64,000 nt of DNA from Epiperipatus broadwayi (lineage: Eukaryota; Animalia; Onychophora). The stretch lies in contig JAQFVV010000005.1 in NCBI GenBank assembly GCA_028023455.1, forward strand, positions 124,001-188,000. The letters are read 5' to 3'. A program made the position numbers and the translations under genes. Of this stretch, positions 13,152-27,435 are shown in pieces; position 1 is the stretch's first letter; each line of letters starts with the position of its first letter. The notes under the pieces were generated by a model, which worked only from the letters and a program-made list of their open reading frames with translations, was not told the DNA's origin and searched no databases.

Positions 13152-14542
13152 AAATCTTCAGTACTATTGTGGTAAGTTAAGATGACTACTATTTTCATAA
13201 AATTTTATTTTAATTCATAGCAAGAAATTGAATTCTAATAGTCTCCAGTGGAAATATATATATAAATTCTATTGCTATAAGTCAACAAGAATACTGCCAA
13301 TTCTTTATATGAATTTAGTTTTCTCACATAACAATAAGTATTTCTGCCTAAACATTTCTTTTTTTTTTATTTAAAAAATATATATGTATATATAAAAATG
13401 AAATATTTCTTTGAATCCCAAATTATCTGTAAAAGCATTTTTTTTTGAATGCATTTCCATGACTAAGGAATGTATAAGTGCTAATGGAAAAGTTCTTGTA
13501 CATTTATTGTTTTAATGTAAATTATTTAACATCTGACTCATTGTTTAGCATTTGTTCTTTTGTTTGAATATCTAGTGGAAAGCAGGCCATGTAAGGATAT
13601 TTTTATAATAGAATGTGGGATTACTTGTGCAGTTTTCTGGGATGAATTAGCCATTGTATTAAAAGCCTTTCTTAGAGATAACTATTGTTATCTTTTTTTT
13701 TTTTTTATCACATCATAAAGAAATTGTACTGATGTGTGACATAAGGTTATGGTAATCAAAAACATGCCAATAGGGTTAATATGTATTATAAGATTTAATT
13801 GCATGTTTCCTTTAGGATGGTGCTGAATAACTGATTCAAAATTAAGTGGATTTAGGCTAAGTTTAAAGCATGATAAACAGGAAAGAAATTCCCTGGGACT
13901 TTATATTGTAAATCAATACAACATATAAATTTGAGTACACAGATCTATAATAATGAATAAAAACACTCCAGGTTGATCCTGAGATGCTGCTGACCTGTGT
14001 CCATCTGTCTCATGCTAGATATATGACCCCAAAATAGATTTAGAAGATAAGGCAACTAATATTATGTAGATATATAGTGATTATAGACTTCACTGGCCCT
14101 GCTGAAGTGTGATTCATGAAAAAAAAACCCAAGGGAAAAATTATTTGTAAAAAAGATCTTTTGTTAATGGACTGAAGTTACAGATAAGGCAAAAAATTGA
14201 GACAAAGGAAGGGAAATCATGAAAGAAGTTATAGATTTAAAAAAGGATAATCATTCAAATGTCACTACACTGTTTTAAAGATTGATTGTCTAAAATATGT
14301 CTTTAAATTATGATACTGAAAAGAAAGACCTCTTCTTGAATATAATTTATAATCAATAATACATCAATGGTAAAATAATCTTTAAATAGTCCACTACAGT
14401 ACAGAGATCTCTCTGACAGATTCTCATACAGAAACATAAAATAGCATTATTAATTAGGCTTGATGAAAATTTGGATGGTTTTCAATCTTGTTGGACAATG
14501 AGAATACTTTTCCATCTTTGCAATCATCACATAGTTAAAATT

Positions 14543-14905
14543 AATTAGATTTCTATTTATTAATCAATATTGTTTTAAATTAATGGCCTAGTTATCTGAA
14601 AGAAAAGTCTCTAAGCTTGAATTTTCACATTAAACCCAGCCTAAATTCAAACTCAGATCATTAAAACATAACATGATCACATTTCTTTACCTTGCACTAG
14701 AAAATCTTAATAAAATGCAGTGAAAATCACTATGTGTACTAGTAAGGACCTCCTGATTTAAAGGAAAGACATCCACTGCCTCACTCACAATCTGAGTTTG
14801 AATTTAGGCTGGGTTTAATGTGAAAATTCAAGCTTAGAGACTTTTCTTTCAGATAACTAGCCCATTAATTTAAAACAATATTGATTAATAAATAGAAATC
14901 TAATT
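14543..14905. repeat. Near-perfect 116-bp inverted repeat with 131-bp spacer
   Basis: 14543-14658 is the reverse complement of 14790-14905 with one mismatch. Confidence 0.9.
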
Positions 14906-16017
14906 TCCTTTTTTAAAAAAAATTCTAAGTAGAAAAATAATGAGGAGAGGAAAACTGAAGAGTTGGGATTCATAGCAAATTTTCTTTGACTCATATTATA
15001 CCATGTTGTATAAATTTGAACAACCAATAGATGCTAGATCTCAGAGAATGAGAAATTGCTACTATTTGGATCATGTGATATTTTGTTGGCTTCAAGAGTT
15101 GAAATTATGAATTAAACCTTGTTGAATAAGTATTTCTGGATTATAAGGGTCCATATATTTATCAATTACTTATTAATATTCAAATGAAAGATTAGAATAA
15201 AATAAATTGATTTAATGAGACCTCGAATTTCTTTTCCGCTTATAAATAAAGAAGTATCATTTTTGGTATATATTTGGCTATGATTGAATACAAGTTATAA
15301 AACTATATATATAAAATACTCCATATCAGTTAAGTAGCTAGAATATTATGATTCAACAATATACTAGTCAATATCAAACAGATCTTGCGTAATCAATATT
15401 AACTAAAATATTGTTAATATAGATGGTTATTAGAGATACCTGCATTACAATCAGTTGTGTAAGCCAAAAATTCTTGATGCGTATTAACAAATTTATAAAT
15501 ATTACAGGTATAACATTGATAAACTTAATCAATGCTAATCATAAAGTTTTCATTTTTTTAAAAAGTTCAATAGGTTATACTATTGATACAACAACTGCAA
15601 CTGAAAGTGCTGCTAGAAATTGAAGTTTTCTTGTCCATCACTGCTCGAACACTTCATGTCTATATCTACTAAGTACGGAAACTTCAGCTGTATACGAGAA
15701 CACATAGCAACATCTTTCCAACTATTTAATTGACTGAGGTATTGGTGATTTATAATGTGTTTGTTTAATGAAGAAGAAAGAACTCAAATAACAGTAACAG
15801 TTTGGGAATATACATAGATAAAAACTGAATATCATTTAATGATGTTCTGCACACATATTGAATTATAGAATTCATCAGAAGAGATATAAAGAGTTCTGAG
15901 TTGATATTCTTCTTAACCCTTAAAGTGGAAAGCAAGTTTATTAACTCTAAAAGACACTACATAAGTAATCAAATGCCTTATTGCTTGGTCATCATCATTA
16001 TTTGTAATCATTATAGA

Positions 16018-16340
16018 TCCACTGCAGGATGAAGTTTTCTCCAAGTTCAGTCCATCTTCTCTGATCTTTAGCCTCTTTTCTCCCCATCATTGTAACAATT
16101 ATCTTATTTCGTCTATCCATCTCACATGCGGTCTCTTTTTAGATCATTTAAAATCTTTTGAAAATCAGTTTAAGATTTCAACTGCCAATATATATTCATC
16201 TTTTTTAGCAATATGTCCAGCCCAACTTCACTTCAGTATCATAATTCTTTCAATGATGGCAGTAACCCCCGTTTGTTCTCTCATTCATGTATTTCATTTT
16301 CAATCTCCTCTTGTTATCCCTAAAATGCACCTCTCTATAC
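16018..16340 (-). mobile_element. RTE-like LINE 3' fragment
   Basis: Similar to 46845-47230 (ccactgcaggatgaag...tatgtccagcccaacttcactt). Confidence 0.6.
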
Positions 16341-16599
16341 TTCGTTGGGTGTTCAGTATTTCATAAAAAGTTTGATTAACGGAAATAACAGAGCTGGAGC
16401 CGCGGTTTGTGACCCTTGAGCACCAGAATCCTACTCTGCTCTTGAACTAACCCAAGCAGAGTTAAAAGGCACTGCAGTCAATTAATAAGATAGACTATCA
16501 ATCATTGTTAATGTTAATTAGCTCTAATTTTTCGTTTAACCACCAAGAAAAGAAGTGATATCAAACATTTAAAAATAATGATTATGACATTATATTTTA

Positions 16600-17270
16600 C
16601 ACATTTAAAAATTGTACGACCATTAAGGGTTATATTCTCTATCACGCTGCTATAGATATTGGTTTTGTTTATTCTTTTAAATTACGTAATATTTCATCTA
16701 AATCAGATTTGTTCATAGGCTACGTAAAATACAGACTAATAGCAAAAGCATTATCACTGCAAATTCGTCTTTTTCGAATTTAAAAGAAGACTTACAGTCG
16801 CAAAAAAAAAAAAAAGGATTTACAATGTAAACATCTTAATGGTTAGGGGTAGGGGGTCAAAATCAGAAACTGGAGATTCTCTGCACCTGTCATCAGAAGC
16901 CATTTTTAGTAAAATTTGCGTCAAAAGTAGGGGCGGTGCTTATCCATGTATGTAATGTGCCTTCTGCGTTCCTAAACATATTTTCAACTATAGCAAAGAG
17001 TTACTATTATAATGGCTCCGTAGCGTAGACAAACACCGGCGGGGTTTTAAACCAAAGGAATTCGCGACTGCATACGTAGTGAACTTTGAACAACCGGGAA
17101 GTGCTTAAATAATCACGCGGTAGTTGGCAAAACGTGGAAGTGCTTTATTTAAAAATTGTTGGTACACGGAATAGCAGTTCCTGCTTTCGTTTGAGCAACA
17201 TCGTTTGTTACACCGATTTTCTTTGGGATAATTTTACATTCCTTTCTAAAGTTTATTCCAAACATTTAAA
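16600..17270 (+). promoter_or_regulatory. CpG-retaining promoter/5' UTR region upstream of the EFHD exon
   Basis: Local cluster of CpGs in a CpG-poor background; two GGAAGTG ETS-like motifs (~17097, ~17136); lies directly before the ATG. Confidence 0.5.
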
Positions 17271-17440
17271 ATGGCCCAAGACGAACTAGCTCAGAAATTG
17301 CAAAGAAGGATAAATATTAACGAAGGGTTGGAAGACGGGACCACAACAATTGCCCCGTCATCACAAGTCTTTAATCCGTACACCGAGTTCAAGGAATTTT
17401 CACGTAAACAAATTAAGGAATATGAAAAAGTATTCAAACT
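17271..17440 (+). CDS. EFHD2: First coding exon of an EF-hand domain-containing protein D2 / Swiprosin-1 homolog
   Basis: Translates MAQDELAQKLQRRININEGLEDGTTTIAPSSQVFNPYTEFKEFSRKQIKEYEKVFK, matching the EFHD family motif VFNPYTEFKEFSRKQIK; ends at a GTAAGT donor (phase 2) at 17441. Missed by the ORF track. Confidence 0.88.
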
Positions 17441-19164
17441 GTAAGTATGATATTTATTTTAAAAATTAATCCAATTGACTTTAATTTATAAGCTTGTTTG
17501 ATATTTGATAAGATTAAGTTAAGTATCGGAATAGCTATGCATTTTTATTTTTTATTTTAGCAACGTTTTTTTTTTACTCCCTCAAACTTTTTTTTTAATT
17601 AAATGTTTGTGATAATGAATAACTTAACTTTTTTTTATTTAATTAATGTTTAAGTTGTTTGAAAACATTTCCTGAGATTGATTCATTTTTGTAAAGTTTT
17701 TCTATTGGGTTGATATAGTTAACTCTCAATAGAACATGAGGCGATAAGGGATCTCTTTTTCTGAAGTCAGATTTTTTTTATATTAAAAAACAAAATGTGA
17801 GTGTGTGCGTGTTTATATACACAATAATTTTTAGTTAATATCTGAAAACACTATTTCGAATAAAGTGGATATTGTATCTTAACTATTCTGTAAGTTAGGA
17901 CTGGATTTAGATGTTGGATACCTATTGATACATTTAATCTATTCATATAGATGCGCAGTGAAACAGTTTTGTATAATCCAAAAAATGAAAGGCTAGAGCT
18001 CCTAATGAAATACAAGTTTTAAAATATGGTGGAACTTGGATTCTATTAACTTGGGTCACCTGATCTTAAGAATGCATCTATTCCATTTTTTAAAATAGTA
18101 GTCAAGATGGCAAGAATTAACATCGAATATTATTATTATTTACTACAGCTAAATAATTTTCAAGGATTTTGTTGGATAGGTTTTCATTCATAGGTGATTA
18201 CTAGAGACTCGGTGTGGTTTTAGAAAATCAAGAAGCACTGATATATATTGCAACAGAATGGGACCGGACCTTGCATGATGGAAAATGCCTAGTAGGCCAT
18301 CAAAGAGGGTGAGAAGAGAAAACTTAAAATTTTTAAGATCCCTAATTCATGGCCAACTTCGATCTCGAACATGGAAGAATGGAATGAATGTATATGGGAG
18401 TCTCAGGATTCATCCACTCTTTCCCATCTTAATTTCCATTATGTCCCACAATTCGAGTTCAGGGAGTATATGTATGGTATTCTACCTCAATGTATATTGC
18501 TTTTATTTATGTGGCCAACACATAATTATTAGGACAGGTTTATGGCATTGTTTGAAATTAGTTGGTTATCCACCAAAATTTATTTATATTATACAACTTC
18601 TACATAAAGGAATGAGAGGAAGTATTATGGGTTTAAAATCTAATGCATTTGAATTAAACAATTATATGTGCTGTCTTCAACATTGTTTTCAATTTTTATG
18701 ATATGGAATTATTTGTAGGAAGCTTAATGAAGCAGGAATAAGATGGAATATGGATTTGACAATGGAATTTTTAATTTTAATCAATTAAAAGCAAAAACAA
18801 GAACTTCATCTTTTTCGATCATGTTGATGATTGTGTCATTGTTTTTCCAGTTCAAAGATAATACAGAATGTACACAACATTTTAAATGCCATTTATAAAG
18901 ACTTTGGTTTAATAATTAATGTTAAAAAAGACACAAGTTCTTTATTACCAATGATGGAATAAAAATCTTCCGCAAATTTTAACTTAGATAGATGGTCATC
19001 AATTTGAGAATGTTGATCAATTTAAGTACTTTGATGGTTATATAAATAAAAATGTTGTTGAGGTACAACCAGATCCTAATGTGTTGGTGTTGTTTTTAAT
19101 AAGTTAAAAGATTATTTCATCTCAGGAAAATAACTAATGTCAATAATAATTTTATCTAATTTAT

Positions 19165-19540
19165 GTTCTGTACATGAGAGGTCAGATTGACTTCAGGTCA
19201 ACATGGGTGTGATGAAAATCTCAGCCTCAGGATGGCCTTGGAGCTTTCCATCATCAGATTTTCAATTGGATGGACGGTTTAAGAGTTGGAGTGTGAAGTG
19301 GATTGAAGCCAGTCCATTAAAGTATGAAGATTGGCTATCTTAATATATATCTGAGCACTTATTGTATATATGTGTAGAGATGATAATCTGGACCAACTGA
19401 TGATTTCTGGTTTAGCATGAAATACGTATATTGGTGATTATTTATCTTTTCGACATTTATATGTTCAAGGGTATCAGTGTTATGAGATAGAGTGGAGAGT
19501 GGTGATTGGTGTGAAAGTCTATGCTCATATACCCGATATA
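19165..19540 (+). mobile_element. Family A monomer (376 bp) with 13-bp TSD
   Basis: TSD ttatctaatttat (19152-19164, 19541-19553); HHR at 19392-19435. Confidence 0.85.
19392..19435 (+). ncRNA. Type I hammerhead motif, family A
   Basis: ACCAA CTGATGA TTTCTG-GTT-TAGCAT GAA ATACGTAT A TTGGT; palindromic helix III, AUA site intact, stem II weakened. Confidence 0.75.
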
Positions 19541-20643
19541 TTATCTAATTTATTGTATGGAAGTGAGACTTGGACATTATCAATGCAGTATAAAGGCATT
19601 AGAGAAATTTTATTTAAGGATACTTTGAAAAATTCTAAAAATACAATGGCAAGATCATAAAACCAATCAACATTTTTTTCAATTTGTTGGATAGGATACA
19701 ATAGAATTCACTATTGCAAATCCACATTTTTGTTGAATTGGTCATGTGATAATGAATGAACAATGCAAGATCTTCTAAAAGGTCATTTTATGATGAAGGT
19801 GAGCATGATTTTTCATAGGAGAGGTAGACGGTGTACATTATAAGGATTATCTCAAAGACATTCTATAGAAGTGCAATATTGATTGTGAGAAAATATGGCA
19901 GAGAATAGAATATATTGGAGAACCATAATTGGAGATGGTTTTTAAATAAATTAAGAAAGCATAGTTTTATGCTAAAGAAATTAAAAAGCAGCATTGCAAA
20001 ATATCAGCTAAAGAAATGAAAAAGCAGCATTGCAAAATATCAAACAGAAAAATGGATCAATATGTTCTATACATAGACTTACTTGTCATTCGCAGATTGG
20101 TTTGTTTAGTCATTGCAAAACTAATTTCTAGAACAGTTTTTTCTTTTCTTGAAGTTGGAATGACTATACCCATTTACAAATGGCTGCTATATACATCTAT
20201 TGATATACTTTTTGAGACCTTAGATATATGCCTATTGGTAAATATATTATAAATTTTAGAACACATTTTTAACTACAACCGAACATAAATCTATTGACTG
20301 AGCCAATAGCCTTCTGCCACCAAACTGTAACATTTATGTTGAGAATTGGGATGCAATCCACATCATTAAAAAAATTGCTGCATTCTCTTTAGCTGAAATG
20401 GCTAAATGATGTAATTTGATCACAAATACAAATAAAAAGGAATAAAGAAAACTATTTATACTAAAGACCAGTATTATATTGCAGGAAATTGTCTGGTAAT
20501 CCTGGTTAATTTGAACAAAGCCTATCATGTTTAGTGATTCTAGTTGCTGCTTCAGATTAGTTTTTATTGATCAATATTAAGGATAGATGACTGGTTTATT
20601 TTGAAATTTGGAGATACTCATATAATTGTAAATTGCAGCATAT

Positions 20644-20720
20644 ACAGTGTGTTCCAATGAAAAAGTGATTGGTTCTCTCTTCAAGGTGGTTACAGTGCTA
20701 TCTCTAAATCAGCATATTTA
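20644..20720. mobile_element. Possible Tc1/mariner-type terminal inverted repeat
   Basis: TA-CAGTGTGTTCCAATGAAAAAGTG resembles a mariner-MITE end; partner end not found. Confidence 0.3.
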
Positions 20721-23520
20721 TCATGAAGTGACAGTTTAGCTATTCACAAAAGTTTTAAAGTGTCAGCTTATCTGGATTTTGAAATCATCTTGAAACCATT
20801 TGAAAGCATTATTCTTATTATTCTTATGATATTACTCCCATTTACAGTTTGAATCATTTCAGATGTTTCAATAACAGTTTTGCCAATTTAAACAAAAACA
20901 ATGTTATGCCATTATTCTATCGCAGGTTCACAACTCAACTCCTGTCTTTCTAGTATTCAAGCATCCCACGATTACCGAGCAATAATCTATTTGATAACCT
21001 TTGGAAATAAATCAGGAAATCATTTACAAGATTTAGATCAACGGCAGAATGATGAGGTCATGACTAAAGATCCCTAGATCAAAGTTCAACTTCCAGTTTT
21101 TGAATGTGACACCATCTTCTGATAGACAAACCACACAATTACTTTGTGCATTTTAATTTAATGATAGAATGGTAGTCTTGAAAACTAAAAATATGGTTGA
21201 AACTCAATCCATAGCTTTCAGTGCTCGAAAATCACATGACCTTCCTAGCAATAATAATTTATTTAAAATTTTTCTGACTGTTAAATTAAAGTTAAATAAT
21301 GAGCTGAACATTGATAGGAATGTGGTATCATATTATAATCTTGTATATGTTTTGTGTTAAGTATGATATTAGCAACAATTATGGTAGGATACTACTAAAC
21401 TTCTGATTATTTGCTGAGTAATTAAAGAATCCAGAGAATAATAGAAAGAATTCTATATGTGCTTTATTGTTTAACAGAAGGTCTTTGATTCAGTTAGCTA
21501 TGCTAAATTACGTGGCATTCTAAGAAATGTTAATGTACTAAAACATTTTCTTATGGAATCACTATGTAGTGAAAGATTTTCATTTTGACAGGGCAGCACA
21601 TTGATCTCTTCTTGTTTAACTTATACATTGATATATAACAGAGAAGTCATAATGTTAAAGACACATGAATTCAAAATTTATGGAAGAAAAGATTGATAAG
21701 CATAAATAAGCTAATGACTAATTAATAAAGAAAACCTGAAGACTGTTGTTATTAATAAAAGTAAAGATTAGATGGAATTGTTGCGAAATATAAAGAAAAA
21801 ATTATAAAAGGAGAGGAACAGACTTTAATATTGATAACAAAGACAGAAAAGACTTTGATAATTTTCATAGGGTCCACAAGTGATTCATCATAAATTGATA
21901 TTGAAAAAGACTGAAGTCAAAAAGATTGCATCAAATCTTCAAAAGAAAGGAACATGGTTTTTGAAAATCAGAACTGTCCTGTTATTCTCTATAGATGTGA
22001 ATTTGGGTACTGAAGAGAATGTGACTTGTCTTGAAGACAAGTTGAATTAATTAAGCACCAAAGAGTATCTTTTTGAATTTCAGAGTTATTTAGGGAAATG
22101 AAATTTGGCATTGAAGATTTTTTGTCTTCAAAAAAGATTGGATTAATTAGACATGAAGTCATGTTTTTGAAATTGGTTTACAATATTTCCTATGATTGCC
22201 TATGGATATGTGCTAAGTTCTTGTCTTGAAATCAGATTAATTCTTGAAAGCAGATTGGATTAGAAAACATGTTTTTGAAAATTGAATATTTGGATTATGG
22301 CATTGCTTCCATTCTCTATGGATGTGATATCTGGACCCTGAAGTGGATGTGCATGCTAAGGTTTTGTTTTGAAAGTAGATTGAATTAACTAGGTACTAGA
22401 TTTCTGTGACCAAATGATAACACTTGATTATTATCACTGATAATTTCTATTTGCTAACACGACCTCTTACCATGATTTTTCTTAGCATTGTTAGTTTTAG
22501 AGCTTTAATGAACCAAATTATTATGATGGAAAAAAAAAATTAGAACTTTTGAATTATGAAGAGTTTTAAGAATACCATGGACAGCAATAATAATTCGATA
22601 CTTGATTTGATTAGATCAGAGTAGCTAAAGATAGAAGTAATCAGATTGAAATTTTATATTCAATCATATTATGAGATCATGTAATAATTATACAAATTTA
22701 TAATGCTCAGGAAGATTAAAGATGGATAAAGAAGGGGTGATTATTAATGACATGGATAAATTCCATCACCAAAATAATTAATCGCCATTGAGCAATTGAA
22801 TGATATTAGATTATTATTGAAAATTGTACATTAAAGGCATCAAAGTGATACCATTCTAGACCTAACTCATTCTCCAGAATAATTCATTATATATTGTCCA
22901 TAATTTGATAAGAAGCTATTTTGGCTGGTTGCTGGTTATTGATTTTCTTCAGCTAAAGATAAGCATACCGAAATATTTCTGTTTTATAAATATTATATAT
23001 ATACTGATAAAACTGTAGAACTGTTTAGAATGTATTTAAATAAACATTTCCTCTAATTTAATAATTTGTTATTGTTTATTGACTAATAATACTGCTAAAG
23101 TTTATACTTGATTCATTTAACCAATTTGCATATTTTAGTAGGATTATTACAATTTTTGTTTTGAAAGTTAATTGCTAAGAGTATTTTTAGACTCATAAAT
23201 ATTGATTTATTCATATATAATTTGACATTTAATTTGTAGTTAATAATAATGCTTAATTGGGTATTAGAAGATTGAGGAAGAATTTTTGATCTTAGATCTT
23301 TTCACACACATCTGCATTTTGACCCTCAATTAAAATACTTTTAATAATTCAGTGACATTTTTAATTGTTAACTGAATTTTCTATGAGAATTTACATACCT
23401 TCCAGCTATTTTAGAAAAAGATATATATGCACACACATTGAAACAACAAATTCATATTTGAGACTGTTTAGCATATACAATATGGTATATGTAGATGTAT
23501 AGATGTATGTCTACTTAGTT

Positions 23521-23614
23521 TTTTTTTAAGTGTCATAGCATCGGCCAGGACGCGAACCGCAACCCGGGCAACTGCAAGGCAGTCACGCTGACCTCTCAAC
23601 CACCAATGCAAGAC
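23521..23614 (-). mobile_element. tRNA-derived short SINE, copy 4
   Basis: Near-identical to copy 2; imperfect TSD atgtctacttagtt / atgtctgcatagtt. Confidence 0.8.
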
Positions 23615-24149
23615 ATGTCTGCATAGTTGTAGGCTTTTTTTCTGGCTATTTACTCTTTATCAAAACTGATTAAAAAAACTTTTAAGATTTATAAATATTA
23701 AATAATCTCAATCACATGCAGCATATTAAAAAATTGTCATCTTTTAATCTTTTAGAATCTTTTGACAAACTCCAGGTTACAATTATTAATACAGTATAAT
23801 CTTTTTTATTTTTTTAATTATATATTTCATTCTTTACTTTGAAATTTGTATTGCATTTCACTTTTTTCTACCAGTTTTACTTAATGTGAGCAGTCTGTTT
23901 TCTTGTTTTTAAATCTTCATTATCACCCTTTATTTTGTTTTAATTACTTATTATGACAGTTGACTATAGTTATGACAACTGCAAAAGATCTCTTCAATTA
24001 TAAAAGTATTCTCTATGAATAATCTAAACAGCATTCTTTATGGTCATTAGGAGTCAATGTCGACCCATTCTGCAAAGGTCTAGATGCAAATGTTAATTTA
24101 ATATATGTATGTATATATATGGTGTGAATAAATTCATGTGCATACTTAA

Positions 24150-24720
24150 TATCAAATCACTACAAACATTAAGAAAATTTCAGCTATGTATTCTGTAAAT
24201 AAACATTTAGAGCCCACATCTCAAAACAGTTAATTCAGAAAGGTACCTCTTTGAACTATCATCTGCAAAGATATTAAATATTGTAACATGGACTAATTCA
24301 GAGAGCATAAAATTTACATAAGAAACGATCTTTAAACTATTCCTAAACAAACATGTTAACTATATTCACACAAAGAAAGACTAAACATTAGTAGTTTTTA
24401 ATCTTTGAAACTCTCAAACACACATATATCTAAAAGTATTTCCAGTGCATACTGTTATCTGAAATAAATATCAAATATTAAATCATCTCAAACGTTAAGA
24501 AATTTTCAACTATGCCCTTTGTGAATAAACATTTAGAACCCACATCTTAAAACAGCTTATGTAAATTTCATGTTCTCTGTTTGAATTAGCTGTGTTTTAA
24601 TATTTAATATCTTTGTGGCCTAAAGGTACCTTATTGAATTAGCTGTTTTGAGATGTGGGCTCTAAATGTTTATTCACAAAGGGCTTAGCTGGAAATATTT
24701 AATGTTTGAGATGATTTGAT
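24150..24720. repeat. Direct plus inverted composite of a ~170-bp unit
   Basis: 24150-24320 forward, 24480-24556 partial forward, 24556-24720 reverse complement. Confidence 0.75.
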
Positions 24721-26987
24721 ATAGTAGTATCCATATAAGTATGCACATACCATTATCTGGAATAAATAAGTGGGAATCTGGGTATAAGAACAAATTTTGA
24801 ATTTCCTAGACCAAAAAATGTACACATTTTTGGAGCTTCTCAGTGTTATCATTTTCACTACATCTTCATTCAGACAAAAGAAAAAGGCATATATCTTTAC
24901 TGTTTGGGAGTTCATAAGAAGTTCAAGCACCAAACCCACACATATATAATTCAATATTCAATAGCATGTTTTGCTGCATTTCATTATTTTCATTCAAATG
25001 TCTATTCTTTCAAAGATCATATTTTATTTTCATTTCTTAATACTCTTTGTCCATTTTTCTGGTGATCTTACCTTTTTCCTGTATTGATGGATTCTTGAAT
25101 TGAAACTTATCACTTCCAGTGCTGAAGATCACACAAACTATCATTTATTTATTTTTTTGAAGATTCTTTCATCTATTTGATATAAGTAAATAATTTTTAG
25201 CTTATTTTCATTTTTCTTTCTGTTTCATTATCAAATATATATAGTCAAAAGTAAAGCAATTTTTAAATAGTACACTGCTGAGTACAGATCTTATTAGCAA
25301 CTTTCTAAAGATGAAAAGTGAAGGGAAAAGAATTATGGGTCAGATTATTCAATAGTGGGTGTGGAGCGATTTTTTTGGGTTTTGGTTTTTCATTCCTATT
25401 TTATTTTCTAGCATATCTAAATTATCCGTAAATATGAGTTAGCCATATACCAACTACCTGGGAAAAAGCCCAAATTGATATGACGGAGATATTCTACAGG
25501 GCTCTGATCATGTATGTAAATGTATAAATAGCAAAAGCTGTTAATTATAATTTCATGTTCATACATATATCTGTGTAAGTATATATATGCATATGAATTC
25601 ATGCACATATACTGTAAAGTTTTTGTGAAAGCAAATGTTGAAATTAGTGCAATTCTTGGTTCAGATTCAGGATGATATAGTGACCACAAAGTATCTCTTG
25701 ACAAGAGATATATATTTTTCTTTTATCATCATTTATGATTAATGAAAAGACCATACAAAGTAGTAGTTAAGGTACTTTTTCTACTATCAGATTAAATAAT
25801 AATAATCAAGTAGTTTATTGTTTGGGAGTGTATGAGAAGTTCAAACACCAGAAATGGAAAGACTACAGTTATGGTCTTTGGACATTGAATATTAAAATTT
25901 ACACTTTACTATTGTACTAAATCATTAACAGATTCAAACTGAGATAGAATTTGTAGAATCAATTGATTATCATTTCTTTTAGGTAAACAATCCACAATGA
26001 ACCAGTATCTTTCATTGAATAGTTATATAATTAGCCTAGCTTAAAATTTTTCAGGATAATCTAAATTGATGATGTGATGGTGAAAAAGAAAAATGATTGT
26101 AGCTGCTTTCACCAGTAGTGAAAAAAGTTTTATACATCTATGGCATTGAGGCCACTAGGTTAATCTATTGTATAATTAATTTTTAAATGGCTCAAAGTTA
26201 TTAGAAAGGTGAGTTCTGGAGATTTGGAGTACAACCAATTGATCTGTATTCAGCACATTACCTGGAAAGAATTCCTCTAACCAGTTTTATATTTGTATGT
26301 TTGTAATGTTAACTTCAAACTTTTTTCATTATAATTTTTTTATTGGTTCACAGTATAATTATCTCTAATTTGACCCCTGTAATGACACCAAGATATGCAT
26401 TAGAGCAATTTTTCATTTCTGAATGATAAAGCTTATTTCCACTTATTTTCTATGTGATATCAAACTTATATTACCATATATGATTTAAACAAAAGTATTT
26501 CAAATATTATCTTGTTTGTTCATTGGTAAAACCTGTACAAAAAAATTGCTACAAGTAAAGTTAATCATAGAATCAGCATCTATAAGAATAAGATACCTTA
26601 GTTAAAAATAACTAGATACCCATTTACTTACTGTTATTGATTGCCTGGTTGGGTTGCTATGGGATGCCTACTTGAAAAAAAATCTTAATCTTTGCTCATC
26701 CCCAGTTGTGTTTATGTAGATAAAAGCATTACACATTCTCTCATAAAACCCATTGATATCAAAAAATGCAAATTCCAAATAATATATTCAATATAATTAT
26801 GATACATCATCTAATACATGTCAAAAAATATTGGAATCTTGTTACTAAAAATATTATTAAAAAATTAAAATATATTTGGAAAATAAAAGCATTGGAAATG
26901 AATAAAAACTTATCTTTTCATCTTTATGAGCACAATGTAAAAGATTTTGACCAAGTTATACAATTTTTTTTATTTATTTTAAAACTG

Positions 26988-27425
26988 TTTTTTTTTTTTT
27001 GAAAGCACAAAAATAAGTACTAAATTCTATGGCGTCTTCTTTATTGGAGTCAAAAATCTCTCGGCCACTATGCTCAGAGGAATCTGTTAGCCACCTTACC
27101 TTGCCTTTCCATTCTCCACCCTGTTTTTTCATATTCTTTTCTATCCTGCTCCATCCCATTTCCACATATTTGTCCATTCTATGGCTTTTATATCTAGATT
27201 CCCCTTATCTTGCAAATCCAGCCTAAAAAACAAGAACCCAGTTTCTGTATAACCATTTTGTTTATATTTATTCTCCCACGAGTTCATTATTTGTACCCTT
27301 TCTGCTTGTAAGTATTTACATTCCATTAGTAGATGTCTAATATTTCCCATGCCTTCCTTGCATAACTTGCAGTCTAAATTACCCACATTTCTCCATTTAG
27401 GGGTATATTCCCTTGCTGCTAACAA
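26988..27425 (-). mobile_element. 5'-truncated 3' end of the LINE family at 50870-54330
   Basis: ORF 27141-27440 (CKLCKEGMGNIRHLLMEC) matches ORF 54029-54256; T-run at 26988-27000 is the A tail. Confidence 0.75.
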
Positions 27426-27435
27426 TCTTGTTTGA

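Larger units (their letters stand above)
18200..19960 (+). mobile_element. Decayed RTE-clade LINE RT fragment, split by a family A insertion
   Basis: Remnants LKLVGYPPKFIYIIQLLHKGMRG, NVDQFKYFDG, MAENRIYWRTII. Confidence 0.7.

Noticed and set aside
16930-16936. GC box in the EFHD promoter
   Set aside because: Context resembles a pogo-like MITE subterminal motif, so a regulatory role is unsupported.
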